From a virus (taxonomy: Duplodnaviria > Caudoviricetes), in the IMG/VR virus record IMGVR_UViG_3300026522_000002, positions 1 through 64,000 of that record: a stretch of 64,000 nt of DNA; one strand, given 5' to 3'. The translations under genes were made by a program, and so were the position numbers. How positions within the stretch are numbered: position 1 is the first letter of the stretch; every line of letters begins with the position of its first letter. A model generated the notes under the pieces. The model did no database searches. It was not told where the DNA came from and saw only the letters and a program-made list of their open reading frames with translations. Of this stretch, positions 51,007 to 63,145 are shown in pieces.

Positions 51007-51081
51007 TGCTCCATGGTGTAGCGGTAGCACGGGAGGCTCTAACCCTCCAGGTCCGGGTTCGACTCGATGGTGGGGCGACCA
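51007..51081 (+). tRNA. Amber suppressor tRNA (anticodon CTA), Gln-like body
   Basis: Anticodon arm GGAGG-CTCTAAC-CCTCC; acceptor TGCTCCA/TGGGGCG; encoded CCA; irregular T-stem. Confidence 0.9.
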
Positions 51082-51103
51082 ATAACTTAAACATAAGTAT
51101 AAA

Positions 51104-52530
51104 ATGGAATTGAAGATTAAAAGACTAACTGAGGATGCAATCCTCCCAATTCGCGCCCATAAAGGAGACGCTGGAATTGATTTAACTTGTACAACAATTA
51201 CTCAGGAAATTAACGAGTGTGGTCAGTTGATTATAGTATATCATACTGGCTTAGCAATTGAAATTCCTGAAGGTCATGTTGGGTTGTTGTTCCCTCGCTC
51301 AAGCATTGCAAACAAGTCATTGTCGCTTACGAATAGTGTAGGTGTAATAGACGCTAAACTCTGCATCGTTTTTTAACCTATCGATGCAACCAGTTCTATT
51401 ATATTTTGCGTTATCTTTATATAACCAAAAAAGATATCGATATGCTTATAACAAAAACATGTTTAATGTGTGGAAAAGAGTTTCAAGTTCCACATTGGAG
51501 AAAAGATAGCGCAAAATATTGTTCCGTAGAATGTAGACAATCTGCATTACATGGAGAACTTAATTGTACGTGTGAAGTTTGTGGAAAAAGATTTCACATA
51601 AAAGAATCTCAATTAAACCGATATAAACATCATACATGCTCAAAGAAGTGTATGAATGAGTTAAAAAGAACATTATATTCTGGAATTGGAAATCATCAAT
51701 ATGGTTTAAAAGGAGATTTAAATGCTTCGTTTAAAGGAAAAGAATTAACAAAGATCAACAACGATTTAGTAGATATTTACGTTTACTGTCCAGACCATCC
51801 GTATGCAAATAAAAACGGAAGAGTCGTTAAACACAGATTAATCGTAGAACAGCATTATGAATTGTTTGATTTTAAATACTTCGAAAAAGTAAAAGGGCGT
51901 GTAGTATTAAAAAAGACTACTCAAATTCATCATATAAACGAAGATCACAACGACAATAGAATAGAAAATTTAATACCCGTTACAAGGTCTGAACACAAAA
52001 TAATACATAATCTTTTTAAAGATATTGTGAGGGATCCGAAAAACGGAAGAATAACTGGCGTCATTAAACAGGGTGAATTGCTGGAAAAGCCGGAAGCGGC
52101 CAATCAGCAGCCAAGCTTAGATGGTAACATCTCTGAAGGTTCAGAGACTAGCAGTCGAGTCCTTATTGAGGACGGTAATACTGCCAAGAGTGCCCTGCCC
52201 AGTAATACTGGTGAAGATATAGTCCGACCTGCAGATATAACAAACGAAACTGCAGAATTGCAGGATAAAGAGCCTGTAAGTTAACATATGGGTTATCGCG
52301 GTGAGGTTATGGCTAAGATGCGCTCCACTACAGATGTGGTTCCTGCAATCTACAAACCAGGCGAGCGATTCGCACAACTTGTTATCGTTCCAATTCCAGA
52401 AGTAGAGATAACTGAAGTAGCCGAACTTAGCGAAACAGATCGTGGTGAAGGCGGCTTTGGTTCAACAGAAAATACTACAGAAGCTCCCGCAGAGATGGAC
52501 TCTGTAGAGCCAGCTGTGGCAGCTGAGTAA
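51104..52530 (+). CDS. dut: Trimeric dUTPase (exons 51104-51355 and 52291-52530)
   Basis: DAGIDL, PRSS, spliced GVIDA|[11 protein letters not shown] and RGEGGFGST motifs. Confidence 0.95.
51356..52290 (+). mobile_element. Group I intron in dUTPase motif III
   Basis: Exon GACGCT pairs with IGS GGCGTC (52057-52062); P10 ATAACT/GGTTAT; core AATCAGCAGCCAAG, GTTCAGAGACTA and AAGATATAGTCC; terminal G. Confidence 0.95.
51442..52284 (+). CDS. Intron-encoded HNH homing endonuclease with N-terminal Zn-finger repeats
   Basis: CxxCGKxF...YCSxxC repeats; HRLI...[16 protein letters not shown]...EH...H. Confidence 0.9.
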   Translation: MLITKTCLMCGKEFQVPHWRKDSAKYCSVECRQSALHGELNCTCEVCGKRFHIKESQLNRYKHHTCSKKCMNELKRTLYSGIGNHQYGLKGDLNASFKGKELTKINNDLVDIYVYCPDHPYANKNGRVVKHRLIVEQHYELFDFKYFEKVKGRVVLKKTTQIHHINEDHNDNRIENLIPVTRSEHKIIHNLFKDIVRDPKNGRITGVIKQGELLEKPEAANQQPSLDGNISEGSETSSRVLIEDGNTAKSALPSNTGEDIVRPADITNETAELQDKEPVS

Positions 52531-52579
52531 TCAGTAAAACAGCATGAACAAAATGTGTTCATAGTCCAAATTATTTTTA

Positions 52580-52618
52580 GCAGGTATAGGGGATCCTTAG
52601 GGTCCCCATTACCTGTTT
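52580..52618 (+). terminator. Hairpin after dut
   Basis: AGCAGGTA-TAGGGGATCC-TTA-GGGTCCCC-AT-TACCTGTT. Confidence 0.5.
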
Positions 52619-52821
52619 ATACACGTAAGCTAGTAATACTGTTTTGCGAAACGACTTTATGAACCCTTACGTTGTTTACGTAATCCTATAAGTTTCGCAC
52701 ATCTTGGACATGTGTTAAGGTTGATATTAAACACAGATGTAGGCCCGACTACTTATTCGGGATATAACGAGCCCCGCTTTAGGGGCTCTATTTTATCAAC
52801 TTAATATTCAACCTTAATTCT

Positions 52822-53721
52822 ATGGAAAGTTCAAAAATTATGATGTTCCCCGAAGTTGGGAACAACTCGGGCATTGACCCAAATCTGCTCTTAGCAATGA
52901 ACAACAATGGTGGATTCGGTGGTAACAACTGGATCTGGATATTGTTTCTTTGGCTTATTTGGGGCGGCTACGGCTATGGTAATGGCGGCTTTGGAGGTGG
53001 CAACGGCGCCGGTTTCTTGTCTAATCAAATTAGCAACGACGCTGGCAGAGAGCTCCTCATGAACGCTATTCAAGGTAACAGAGATTCTATCAACAGCCTT
53101 GCTAATCTGTTGAACACAGAGGTAAGCACTGTACAGAACGGTATCTTTACTTTGAACAACGCTATTACTTCAGTAGGCACTCAAGTAGGTATGAGCGGTT
53201 TGTAGATCCAGAATGCTATCCAGGCAGGCAATGCTTCAATTGCTTCACAGATCTGTCAATGCTGCTGCGAGAACCGTCTGGCTATTGCAAACCAGACAAA
53301 TACACTCCAGTCTACTCTTGCTGCTAACCACGCTGCTGATCAGCTTGGTGTATGCCAGTAGACCAACACACTCACGACACAAGCAGAGCGCAACACCCGT
53401 GATATTACGGATGCAATTAACGCTCAAAGTGTTATGATCAACGATAAGTTCTGCGATCTTGAAAAGCGTGAGCTTCAGAATAAGATCGACACTCTGACTG
53501 CAGATAACGCACTCTTACGTTCTAATGCAAATAACGATCGTCAGACTGTATTGATCAACAGCAGATTTAACGAGCTTGAAAATCAGCTTACTGCTATTAA
53601 GGCAGCACAGCCAAATACAGTTCCAGTACAGTGGCCTAACCTTACTGCTGTAAACACTACCCCATTTGCAGGTGGTTTTTATGGTTTCAATGGTTGGGGA
53701 TCTAACAGTTTCTGGAATTAA
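52822..53721 (+). CDS. Conserved Bacteroidota phage Gly/Asn-rich protein (TAG=Gln)
   Basis: GGNNWIWILFLW...ICQCCCEN...; frame 1 is continuous across two TAG. Confidence 0.82.
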
Positions 53722-53738
53722 TCGGAAAGGAGGTACTT

Positions 53739-54095
53739 ATGTTTGGAAGTACTACTTATCCGTTTAATTTCTGTAACAGGAATGGTATTCCAATGTTGGA
53801 AACCAATCAGGTAACTGTTACTGCAGACAATGTGGTTCTTACCCTCCCAAATCGCGCGTTTAGATTCTTAAACGACAAGGGGTTGGTATTGATACGATTA
53901 AATCAGTCTATACCTACTGGTACAACTGACACATTGCCAATTGTATTTTCATCAAATGATTTCACACAGCCTTTGACAAATGTAGGAGGCGAGGCTGTGA
54001 CAGTAGCCCAATTCCTAGAACCTGGTGTATACTTAGTATATTATTCCAAAGAAGCGAATTTAATGTAGCTGCTGACAACTCAAATTCCTGCATAA
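53739..54095 (+). CDS. Hypothetical protein (TAG=Gln)
   Basis: Extends through TAG 54066 to TAA. Confidence 0.75.
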
Positions 54096-54114
54096 CTTTA
54101 ATTGATTATAACAT

Positions 54115-54420
54115 ATGATGGTAATTGAATTGCGCAAAGCAGCTCAAGATAAGGCATTCGAACTTCTCGATGAGATCAAGGATCTTGGTCATCAAAAGAA
54201 GATGGTTCTGTGTGAACTCGAAGATGCTCTTTATGAGTGTTTTGAGTCTTCTGAAGAAGAGTACGAAGACTATGAAAAGGAGCCAGAAATGGACTTTCGT
54301 AGACGTGGTCAATATCGTTACAGTATGCGTAAAGGTATGAAGAACCGCGATTACGATGATTACGAAGACATGCAAATGCGTCGCGGAATGCGTATGCGTA
54401 GCGGTCGTCGTGCAGCTTAA
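54115..54420 (+). CDS. Acidic/Arg-rich hypothetical protein
   Basis: ORF. Confidence 0.78.
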   Translation: MMVIELRKAAQDKAFELLDEIKDLGHQKKMVLCELEDALYECFESSEEEYEDYEKEPEMDFRRRGQYRYSMRKGMKNRDYDDYEDMQMRRGMRMRSGRRAA

Positions 54421-54483
54421 TAAAATTAACACGTGTCTAAGGGCGGGGAAACTCGCCCCGAAACACAATCCAAGATTTATATT

Positions 54484-55005
54484 ATGTTTTTAGGATTACG
54501 TCAAGGAGCAACTCTTTACATATTAGATAAGAGTAAAGAACCTAGAGTTGTTATGGGGTATGTTGAAAGTATAACAGCACCTCGTCCAATGTATAAAACT
54601 TATAATCCAGCGGTTAGCTTTGGTACTAATTTGCAGACCGTTGTGGATATAGTTGTTAAGTTAGATAATGAGAAGAAGGAGTTCGTAGGAATACCTAGTA
54701 CAAATACGGTACATTCTTACGGAGATTTTGTCATTAGTGAAACTAGGGAAGGTATGATACAGGAAGTAGATGCAATGCTACAGAATAGTAAGAATGTAGT
54801 GGCTAGTGTAAATCAGCACGAATCAAATATAAAGGCGTGCGAGAATATACTAAAGACGCTTAATCCTGTATACGCGAAAGAATCTGAGAGAGACGAAACG
54901 TTAGATAGCCTTACTAAGTAGGTAGACAATATGCAAAGTGTGCTTACTAGACTAGAATCTATAATAACTAAACAAAATACAAATGGAGACGTCTAGGCTA
55001 TTTAA
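54484..55005 (+). CDS. Hypothetical protein (TAG=Gln)
   Basis: MFLGLRQGATLYILDK...; continues through TAGs to TAA. Confidence 0.75.
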
Positions 55006-55363
55006 AAAGTACCAAAAACTATATGGGCCGCATTTTACAAAAGAATTGTGCAAGTTTGCTGTAAGTTTAATGGAAACCGAAAACGGACCAATTAAACCGT
55101 TTACAAAAGAAGAGATCGAACAAAAGCTAAACGCTTTTGGGATCAAGCTCGAATACAACAAGTTGTACGATTTTGTATATGTGGCGAATATGTGTAAGGC
55201 AGACTTTTTAGGCGATGCTGTACCAAACGATGACTAGCACTTATGTATGTACATAAAGAAAGTTGTTGATGATCCAGATGGTTATGATGGTTAGATATTT
55301 AACCGTTGGCTATCTGACATGAAGGGCATGAGAATACCTGTAGATTGGTCAGAATTCGTTTAA
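54983..55363 (+). CDS. Conserved hypothetical protein (TAG=Gln)
   Basis: YGPHF...YVANMCKADF...DDPDG...RW; open across two TAG. Confidence 0.78.
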
Positions 55364-55364
55364 T

Positions 55365-55760
55365 ATGGCTGCTCAATATATACAATTAGGTAGAAGAGGC
55401 TGGAACGTGCTTGTGTATTACAATGTGGACGAAGACGACTTTGTGGAGATAGAGGACTCTTTAAGATAGTTAGACTGTCCTACATAGGATGTTTAGAAAG
55501 CGTTTAAGGTGCTAACTAAAAGAAACACTGGATTCACATTTAGTAACTCCGAATACAAAATGAGTATTGTGTGTATAGGCAAGACTACCAAAGTGGAAGA
55601 ATTTGTAAATACCGCAATACACGAAGCAAAACATGTACAGTCTCACATATGTTCGTATTACGATATAGACGAGAGTAGCGAAAAAGCAGCTTACATTATA
55701 GGCTATCTTGTACAACGAATGTATAGATATTTTGCAAAACTTGTAAAACGATATGTTTGA
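55365..55760 (+). CDS. Small HExxH zincin-like protein (TAG=Gln)
   Basis: TAIHEAKH...SEKAAY. Confidence 0.72.
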
Positions 55761-56271
55761 CATTCAAGGAGATAAAATTCGGTTCAATACAGAAGATCTT
55801 GCAATACCTCCTTTCAAAGACCATTATAATAATGCGAAAGATAAGGGTCAAGCATTGAAGGAAATAGAATACGTTGTTTGGCTACATAAATGGAATACGC
55901 CATACGAGGCATATCCTGCAAACCAAAGAGCTGGCATTGTAGCCAAAGACGTGTTCAAAACTGACAAGTATATTCCTTCTGATGAAGTAAAGATGTTAGA
56001 ATAGCGGTTTATAGAGTTTTAGGAAACCCCTGGAACAAGATTGCTTTCAGCATCACAAACTGCCGCAGAAGGTCTTATAGCAGCATTAAATGATTATTCT
56101 AGTGTAGCTATGGATATTGATACTGCTATAAAGGTTACGAGGATATTAAAAGATGTAGGTAACATAGTTAAGTCACTCGATATTGCTATGAAACAGGCTA
56201 AAGCAGAGATGCTTGAGACTGGTAAAGTGAAGGGTGGCGGTACTATAGGATTATACGAAACTGTAAAATAA
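55753..56271 (+). CDS. Conserved protein upstream of the terminase (possible small subunit; TAG=Gln)
   Basis: Continuous across two TAG; gene position. Confidence 0.65.
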
Positions 56272-56272
56272 C

Positions 56273-58336
56273 ATGGTAGATTTTAACAAGCGAATACATA
56301 ACAGCAAGAAATTCTCTCCAGCAGCAGAATTCTTCAAAGAGCACGGCTGTTATACACTGGCCCCACGAGGAACTACCGATTATATTAGATATTGGGACCA
56401 GGAAACAGAAAGGTGCTTAAATGGATATATAGCGGATGACGGTGATGCAATAACAGGTTATCACTACTTTTATCTGAACTACAGTCCTATCATGTTGCTT
56501 AAGGAAAAAGAATATACAGACAGATATGGGCAAAAAAGAACCAGACGAGAACGTGTGTTTGACTTCCCTAGATTCTGGGATGGCGATTACTATTATTTTA
56601 ACGCAATTGAAGAAGCTGAAGATGAAGGAAAGCACATGGCTGTACTCAAGGCCAGACAGAAAGGATACAGCTTCAAAGGGGCTTCTATGCTAGTGCGAAA
56701 CTATGAACTCATACCAGGTTCTAAAAACTTCGCTGTGGCTTCTGAACAAAAGTTTCTTATTGGTGATGGCATCCTTACTAAGGCTTGGCAGATCATGGAT
56801 TTCATAGATAAGAATACAGCATGGTCTAAACAAAGATTGACAAGTACTCGTATGGAACGAGTGTCTGGTTATAAAGTAACAGATGAATTTGGTAAGTAGA
56901 CAGAGCAAGGTTATATGTCGTCTATTACCGGTATTACATTAAAGAACGACCCAGAACGACTCAGAGGTACCCGTGGTAAGCTTGTACTATTTGAGGAGGG
57001 TGGTAAGTTCCCAAATCTAGAAACCGCGTGGCGAGTAGAGCAACCTGCAGTAGAAACAGACGATGGTAAAGCATTCGGCCTTCTTATAGCATTTGGTACT
57101 GGAGGCACGGAGGGCGCGTCCTTCGACGGTTTGAAAACAATGTTCTACAACCCAGATGCCTTCAACATATTAAGCTTTCCTAATATATGGGATGATGGTA
57201 GAGAAGATACCAAGTGTGCATTCTTCAGTCCCTCATATATGAATATGGAAAGTGTTGATGAGAACGGTAAATAGAGATTTATGGACGAGGACGGCAATAG
57301 TTTTAAAGAGAAAGCTATAGAAGAACTTATAAGTTAGCGCAATGTTATTAAAGACGGAGGTGCTACGCAGACATCTATTGACCGTTTTATCTCGGAGCGC
57401 CCTACTAAACCACAAGAAGCCGTACTCGAACTTGGTAAAAACATTTTCCCACGTAAACTGCTAATGGATCAATTAACACGCATACGTACAAGTGAGAAAC
57501 TAAAGAGTATGAAACACATTGTAGATCTCGTATGGGACGGTAATGGTAAAGTAGAAGCTAAGGAAAAGAAAAGTGGAGACATTACTACATATCACCTAAA
57601 GAAAGATGATAAACCGCACGGTAGTGTAGTAATATGGGAGTATCCAATAGAAGACCCACCGTTTGGGTTATATATAGCAGGATGTGACCCTTATGACCAC
57701 GACGAGTCGTTTACAAATTCACTTGGCTCTACATTTATATTTAAGCGTGTACAAGCTGGAGAAGCGTGGTCGGATGTAATAGTGGCAGAATACTCTGGTA
57801 GACCAGATACCGCAGAAGAATACTATGAGAATGTAAGAAAACTGCTGGTATTATACAACGCAAGACTCTTGTTTGAGAACGAGCGTAAAGGTATATATCC
57901 ATATTTCACAAACAAACATTGTGACTATTTACTGGCAGATTAGCCAGATAAGGTGATTACGGAAATCTTTAAAGATAGTAAAGTGCAGCGCCGAAAAGGC
58001 TGCCACATGACAAAATCAATTAGGGCTTACGGGGAAGGATTGATCCTCGAATGGTTGATGGACGAATATGAACCAGGCCACCCTAATGTAGAGAGAATAT
58101 ACAGCGAACCACTGCTGGAAGAACTTATAGAAAATGACGGTATACGAAATGTCGACAGAGTCATAGCCTTGTGTATGGTTATGATATACAGAGAAGAGTT
58201 GTTCTAGATTAAAGTGTCCGCTGCAAAAGAAAAAAATAAATAGGTTGAACTCTTTGAACTGCCACTGTTCGGCTCCAGATACTGGGAGCAGGACGACACG
58301 AGCACGTAGAGTGATGTACCTTTATTCACGTTTTAA
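56273..58336 (+). CDS. terL: Terminase large subunit (TAG=Gln)
   Basis: LKARQKGYS, VLFEEGG, FGTGG, AGCDPY and NVDRVIA motifs; frame 2 to TAA. Confidence 0.93.
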
Positions 58337-58338
58337 CG

Positions 58339-60819
58339 ATGATAAGAATAGAAGACAACTTATACAACTCTTCGTTCCCTCAACAGAAGGTTTCGCTTAA
58401 AAAGAAGAACGAGAAGTGGCAACACGATTGCGTAAACTACATCATTGGTGAGGGCAATGTGGTATCTGGAGGACAGACGAAAACCAGATACGGAGAGATG
58501 CAAACCTATTATAATCTATATAATAGTATATTCGACGAAAAGGATTTTAAGAGAATTACAAATCCGTTTAAAGTCGAAGATGGTTTCCCAGTTACTCCAC
58601 AAGATTTTAACATTATCAGACCAAAGGTGGATCTGCTTATTGGAGAGGAAACCAAACGACCTCTTAACTTTAAAGTAGTTAGGACGTCACAAGATGCTGT
58701 ATCTGAGCTTCAAGAGAAAGGTAAGGAGATGCTCCTTAACTACATCATGGCTTCCATTACTGCTCGCATGAGTGAAGAAGAAGCGGCTCAGTATCAGCAA
58801 CAATTAGACAATGGCGAAATAATGCCGCCTGAAGAGATAGGCAAATATCTCGACAAGAGTTATAAAGACGTTATTGAGAATACAGCCTATCATACACTTA
58901 CATACTTGAGAGAAAAGCTTAACTTTGATAACGAGTTTATCAAGGGGTGGAAGGACGCTCTTATTGCAGGTACAGAAATATATTATGTAGGAGTACTTAA
59001 TAGTGAGCCGTATTTGGAACGAGTAAATCCGTTATATTTTTCTTACGACAAGAGTCCAGATCTCGAGTTTATCGAAGATGGCACATGGTGTTGCCGTAGA
59101 ATGCGTATGCCTTATACTGAGATATACGATAGATATTATGATAAACTTACAGAAAAAGATTTGAACAAACTTGAAGAGATGATGACTGGCAGACCGTCAA
59201 ACGACATTGGTGACAAAGGCCCGATAGATAATGTAAACCATATCAACATGCATATCTACGACAATCCAATGTACGATCAAAATACAAGATATAATATTAA
59301 TGTTTGGCACTGCTGCTGGAAGTCATTTAAGAAGATTTACTATGTTACATATTTGGATGAAACGGGCACTCCGCAGGTTGAAATAGCCAACGAAGACTAC
59401 TAGAAAACTGGCCAAGAGATTTCAGTAGAGCCTGATTGGGTGGTTGAAGTCTGGGAAGGTTACAGAGCTGGAACTGATCTCTACTTTGGTATACAGCCTT
59501 TAGAGTATCAGCATGTTTCAATTGACAATCCTAATTCTCAAAAGCTGCCCTACACTGGAGCTGTCTACAGTAATACTAATAGTAAACCCCGTTCTCTTGT
59601 TAGCATTCTTAAGCCTCTGTAGTACATGTATATTGTTCTCTGGTATCGTCTCGAACTTGCTATTGCCAGAGACAAGGGAAAAGTAATCAACATGGATATT
59701 GCTCAGATACCTAAGTCTATGGGTATTACACCAGAGCGTTGGTTACACTACCTTTCTTCAGTCGGCGTTAACTTTATCAACCCGTATGAAGGCAACCCTT
59801 CAGATCCAAACGGTAGTAGAGCCTCATCGTTCAATCAATTCTCATCTGTAGACCTTACGATGGGTAACGTGATTGCTGAGTATATACAACTGATGGATAA
59901 GATAGAATACCTCGCGGGTGTTATTTCTGGTATTACAGAACAACGTCAAGGACAGGTAAGTACACATGAACTTGTAGGTAATGTGGAACGAAGTGTCCTT
60001 CAATCTTCACATATTACAGAGCCTCTGTTCTGGGTACATGCGCAGTGTAAACGTAGAGCGCTAAACATGCTTCTTAATACTGCTAAAGGTGCCTGGGAAG
60101 AGACTGGTAAGAAGAAGTTGTCATATGTATTCGATACTGGCGAACGTGCATTCTTAGATATTGATCCTAGATTCTACTATGAAGACATGGATGTGTTCGT
60201 AAGTGATACTTCTAAGGATCTTGAGAACTTGCAAGCTCTTAAACAACTTATTCAACCTGCTATGCAAAACGGGGCATCACTCCTTGAAGCAGCTGAGGTA
60301 CTTACTACAGATAACCTCAACCTCCTTAAGCAGAAGCTTATGGATATGCAGAAGCGTCAAGAAGAAGCTCAACAACAACAGCAACAAGCAGAACAAGAGC
60401 AAGCAGTACAATTGCAGCAAATGCAAAATGAGCAACGTGAACAAGAGCTCATGCTTGAAGAAGCTAAGATGGATCTTGAAAGATATAAGATTGATCAAGA
60501 CAACCAGACTAAGATTGTTGTGGCAGAAATCAGTGCATATCGTGGTACTGAGGATAAGGATATCAACAACAATGGTATTCCAGATCCTGAAGAATATGCT
60601 AAACAAGCTCTTGAACAACGTAAGATAGATTCTGCAGAGTATACTAAGAGATACGAACAACGTCAGAAGAAAGAGATTGAAGATAAAAAGATTCAACTTG
60701 AAAAAGAAAGGATGAAGCATGAGATGGAGTTACAGAAGCAGAAGGATACCGCTGCAATGGAGCGAGAAAAGCTTAAAGCAAGAACATAGCTTAAAAACAA
60801 GGTTCCTGGAGAAAAGTGA
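58339..60819 (+). CDS. Portal protein (TAG=Gln)
   Basis: Follows terL; FPQQK, NIIRPKVDLLIGEE, VWEG and ISGITEQRQG; Gln-rich C-terminus. Confidence 0.9.
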
Positions 60820-60972
60820 TGAACTTCTTGAGTTGACTAGAGAAAACAACCAAATGCTTCATTGGATTATGTCATATCTGATGCACGAGAGTTAGCACGA
60901 CGATACACAAGACTTTGTATAGAACGTTGTTGCTAACCTCGTGTCTAACAGAGTAGATTTTAGGAGGGATGT

Positions 60973-62328
60973 GTGATGAAAGATTCTACAGAATTTAAAC
61001 AACGGTTTAAAAGATGGCAAGAAGGAGAAAAGGTATATGAAGCCGGTAAGATTCTTCCTAAATACGACGATGGTACAGACGATAAGACATATCTTCCAGA
61101 ATACGAATATGAAGCCACTGTTACACCACAAGGTACTTCATTAGAGAAACATAAGCGTATAACTAATGAAGAAGATTGGTAGAAGTATTGGGGTGATGTT
61201 GGGGCTGGTTATGTGAGTTAGGCATAGGAAGCCGCTGCCCCTGTTGTACTTAATGGAATGTCTATGTTGATGGGTAACCCGTTGGGGGCATTTGGTGGTT
61301 TAGTAGGAAGTACAGTTGGAGAAGAACTTGGCGCTAATTTGGGACCTACTGGTAGAACTATAGGAGGTCTTGTTGGCGGAGTAGTGTTGGACCCAGCAAA
61401 CATCAGATCTTCTATTGATTATATAAAAAGAATAGGCCCACACATTGCTGCCAAATCTGCAAGACAAGGTGCTGCATTTGCGTATTAGTTTTTCCCAAAC
61501 AAAACGGAAAATTTATATAAAAGGCTGTTAAGTGGTATAGACATCGGAGACGAATTAACACCGTTGCATAAAGATATCGATGTTTACGCAGTAAAAAAAG
61601 GAGTTTCTGTAGATCCTAGATATATTGGTAATGGTTCCATGCATGTTGTTGTACAAAACCCAAATAATCCAAACACTGTCTTAAAATTTGGAACGGAGCC
61701 GATATCAAAAGAACGGTTACAACGTAGAATATTATCTTTGCGCAGAGTAAAAGATTTTAAATATTTGGAGCCAGAAAAATATATAGGGTACACAAGAGAT
61801 ACAAAATATCCATAGCTGTTTTATGAAGTTCTGGAATAGAACAAAATTGTTCCAAAAGACAAAACGTAGATTTTTGATAATATTACAAAGAGAATGAAAT
61901 CTGAGAAAGTATTATCTTAGGAAGATAAAGAACAGTATGACATATTAAACGGAATTTATAAATCTGCAACTCAGAACGGAGCTGACACAAGAGCTTTTGA
62001 AGACATGCATTATATTAACCACAACGGATCTACTATTTTGGATTTTGGTCATAGGCATAATATTGGGTATAATCAAAAAGGCGAACCAATAATATTTGAT
62101 CCGCAAATATCTACGCCTAAGCATGTGGGATTAGTAGACATGCTTTTTCCGCGATTAATCGGGTATGACAAAGGTAAGTCTATACACATCAATCCCGCTA
62201 ATAGGGGTAAGTTTAAAGCCACTATGAAGAGAACTGGTAAGTCTGCAGAAGAGTTATCTCATAGCAAGAATCCTTTAACTCGTAAGAGAGCAATTTTCGC
62301 ACTCAATAGTCGTAAATGGTCCAAGTAA
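60973..62328 (+). CDS. Recoded ~450-aa virion-associated protein with a protein-kinase-like domain
   Basis: YIGNGSMHVV...VLKF and ILDFGHRHNIG...IIFDP; C-terminal IHINPANRGKF...RKRAIFALN..KW. Confidence 0.68.
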
Positions 62329-62334
62329 TATATT

Positions 62335-62763
62335 ATGAAAACAAACAATATTAACATTCCAACATGGTTACTGAGATTTAGCAGTACGCCGTTGATCGTA
62401 TATACAACTTTTAAAGAATTTGGTTTCTTTAAAGGATTGAAAATACTGTATAATTATACTCACGTATATTTCTATTTCTGGTTTATTAGAAACTGTAAAT
62501 GGTATAGAAATAAATTACACAAGAGATTGAAAAATCTCTGCGGTGAAGAGGGTGAAATATTGTTTGACATGATGGTTGATATGCCAAATTGTGATCCGAA
62601 AAAGATATTAAACAAGTATCCAAAATTTAGGTAGGAGTTTATTAAAAAATTTGAGGAGAATAAACAATCCATTATTGATGATCACATAAAATCTGGCGAA
62701 TTAAAGACCGAAGAAGAAATTCAAGAATTTAGCGAACAGCTCAAACTTGAGAATTTTATTTGA
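62335..62763 (+). CDS. Hypothetical protein (TAG=Gln)
   Basis: Continues past TAG to TGA. Confidence 0.62.
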
Positions 62764-62764
62764 C

Positions 62765-63145
62765 ATGGCAAAGATAAAAACAATACCGTGTGATATCTAT
62801 AGATAGAATATAGATGTCTTCTTGGGTACGCATGAGGAATTTAGAAAATACGTATATAAAAAATACAGGAAAGATAAGGAACTTCAAGACATAGTAGATA
62901 ATGAAGAACCTGGCATAGGTGATTTCTACTATGGACCAGGTGTGTTAATAGTTCGTATAGGAGGATTCCCTACTACACCTAAAGAGATAGGTACAGCATC
63001 ACATGAAGCACTACACGCGGCTATGTGGATACTTAATTGGGCTGGTGTACATTATGAAAACAAAGATGCGGACGAAGCGTTGACTTACTTACAAGAATGG
63101 ATTCTTACAAATATATTAGAAAAGAAAGGATATAAGAAGGTATGA
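62765..63145 (+). CDS. Small HExxH zincin-like protein (TAG=Gln)
   Basis: TASHEALH...DEALTY. Confidence 0.72.

Noticed and set aside
56273-60819. Introns or inteins in the terminase or portal
   Set aside because: The frames are continuous apart from TAG, and no group I core or intein motifs were seen.
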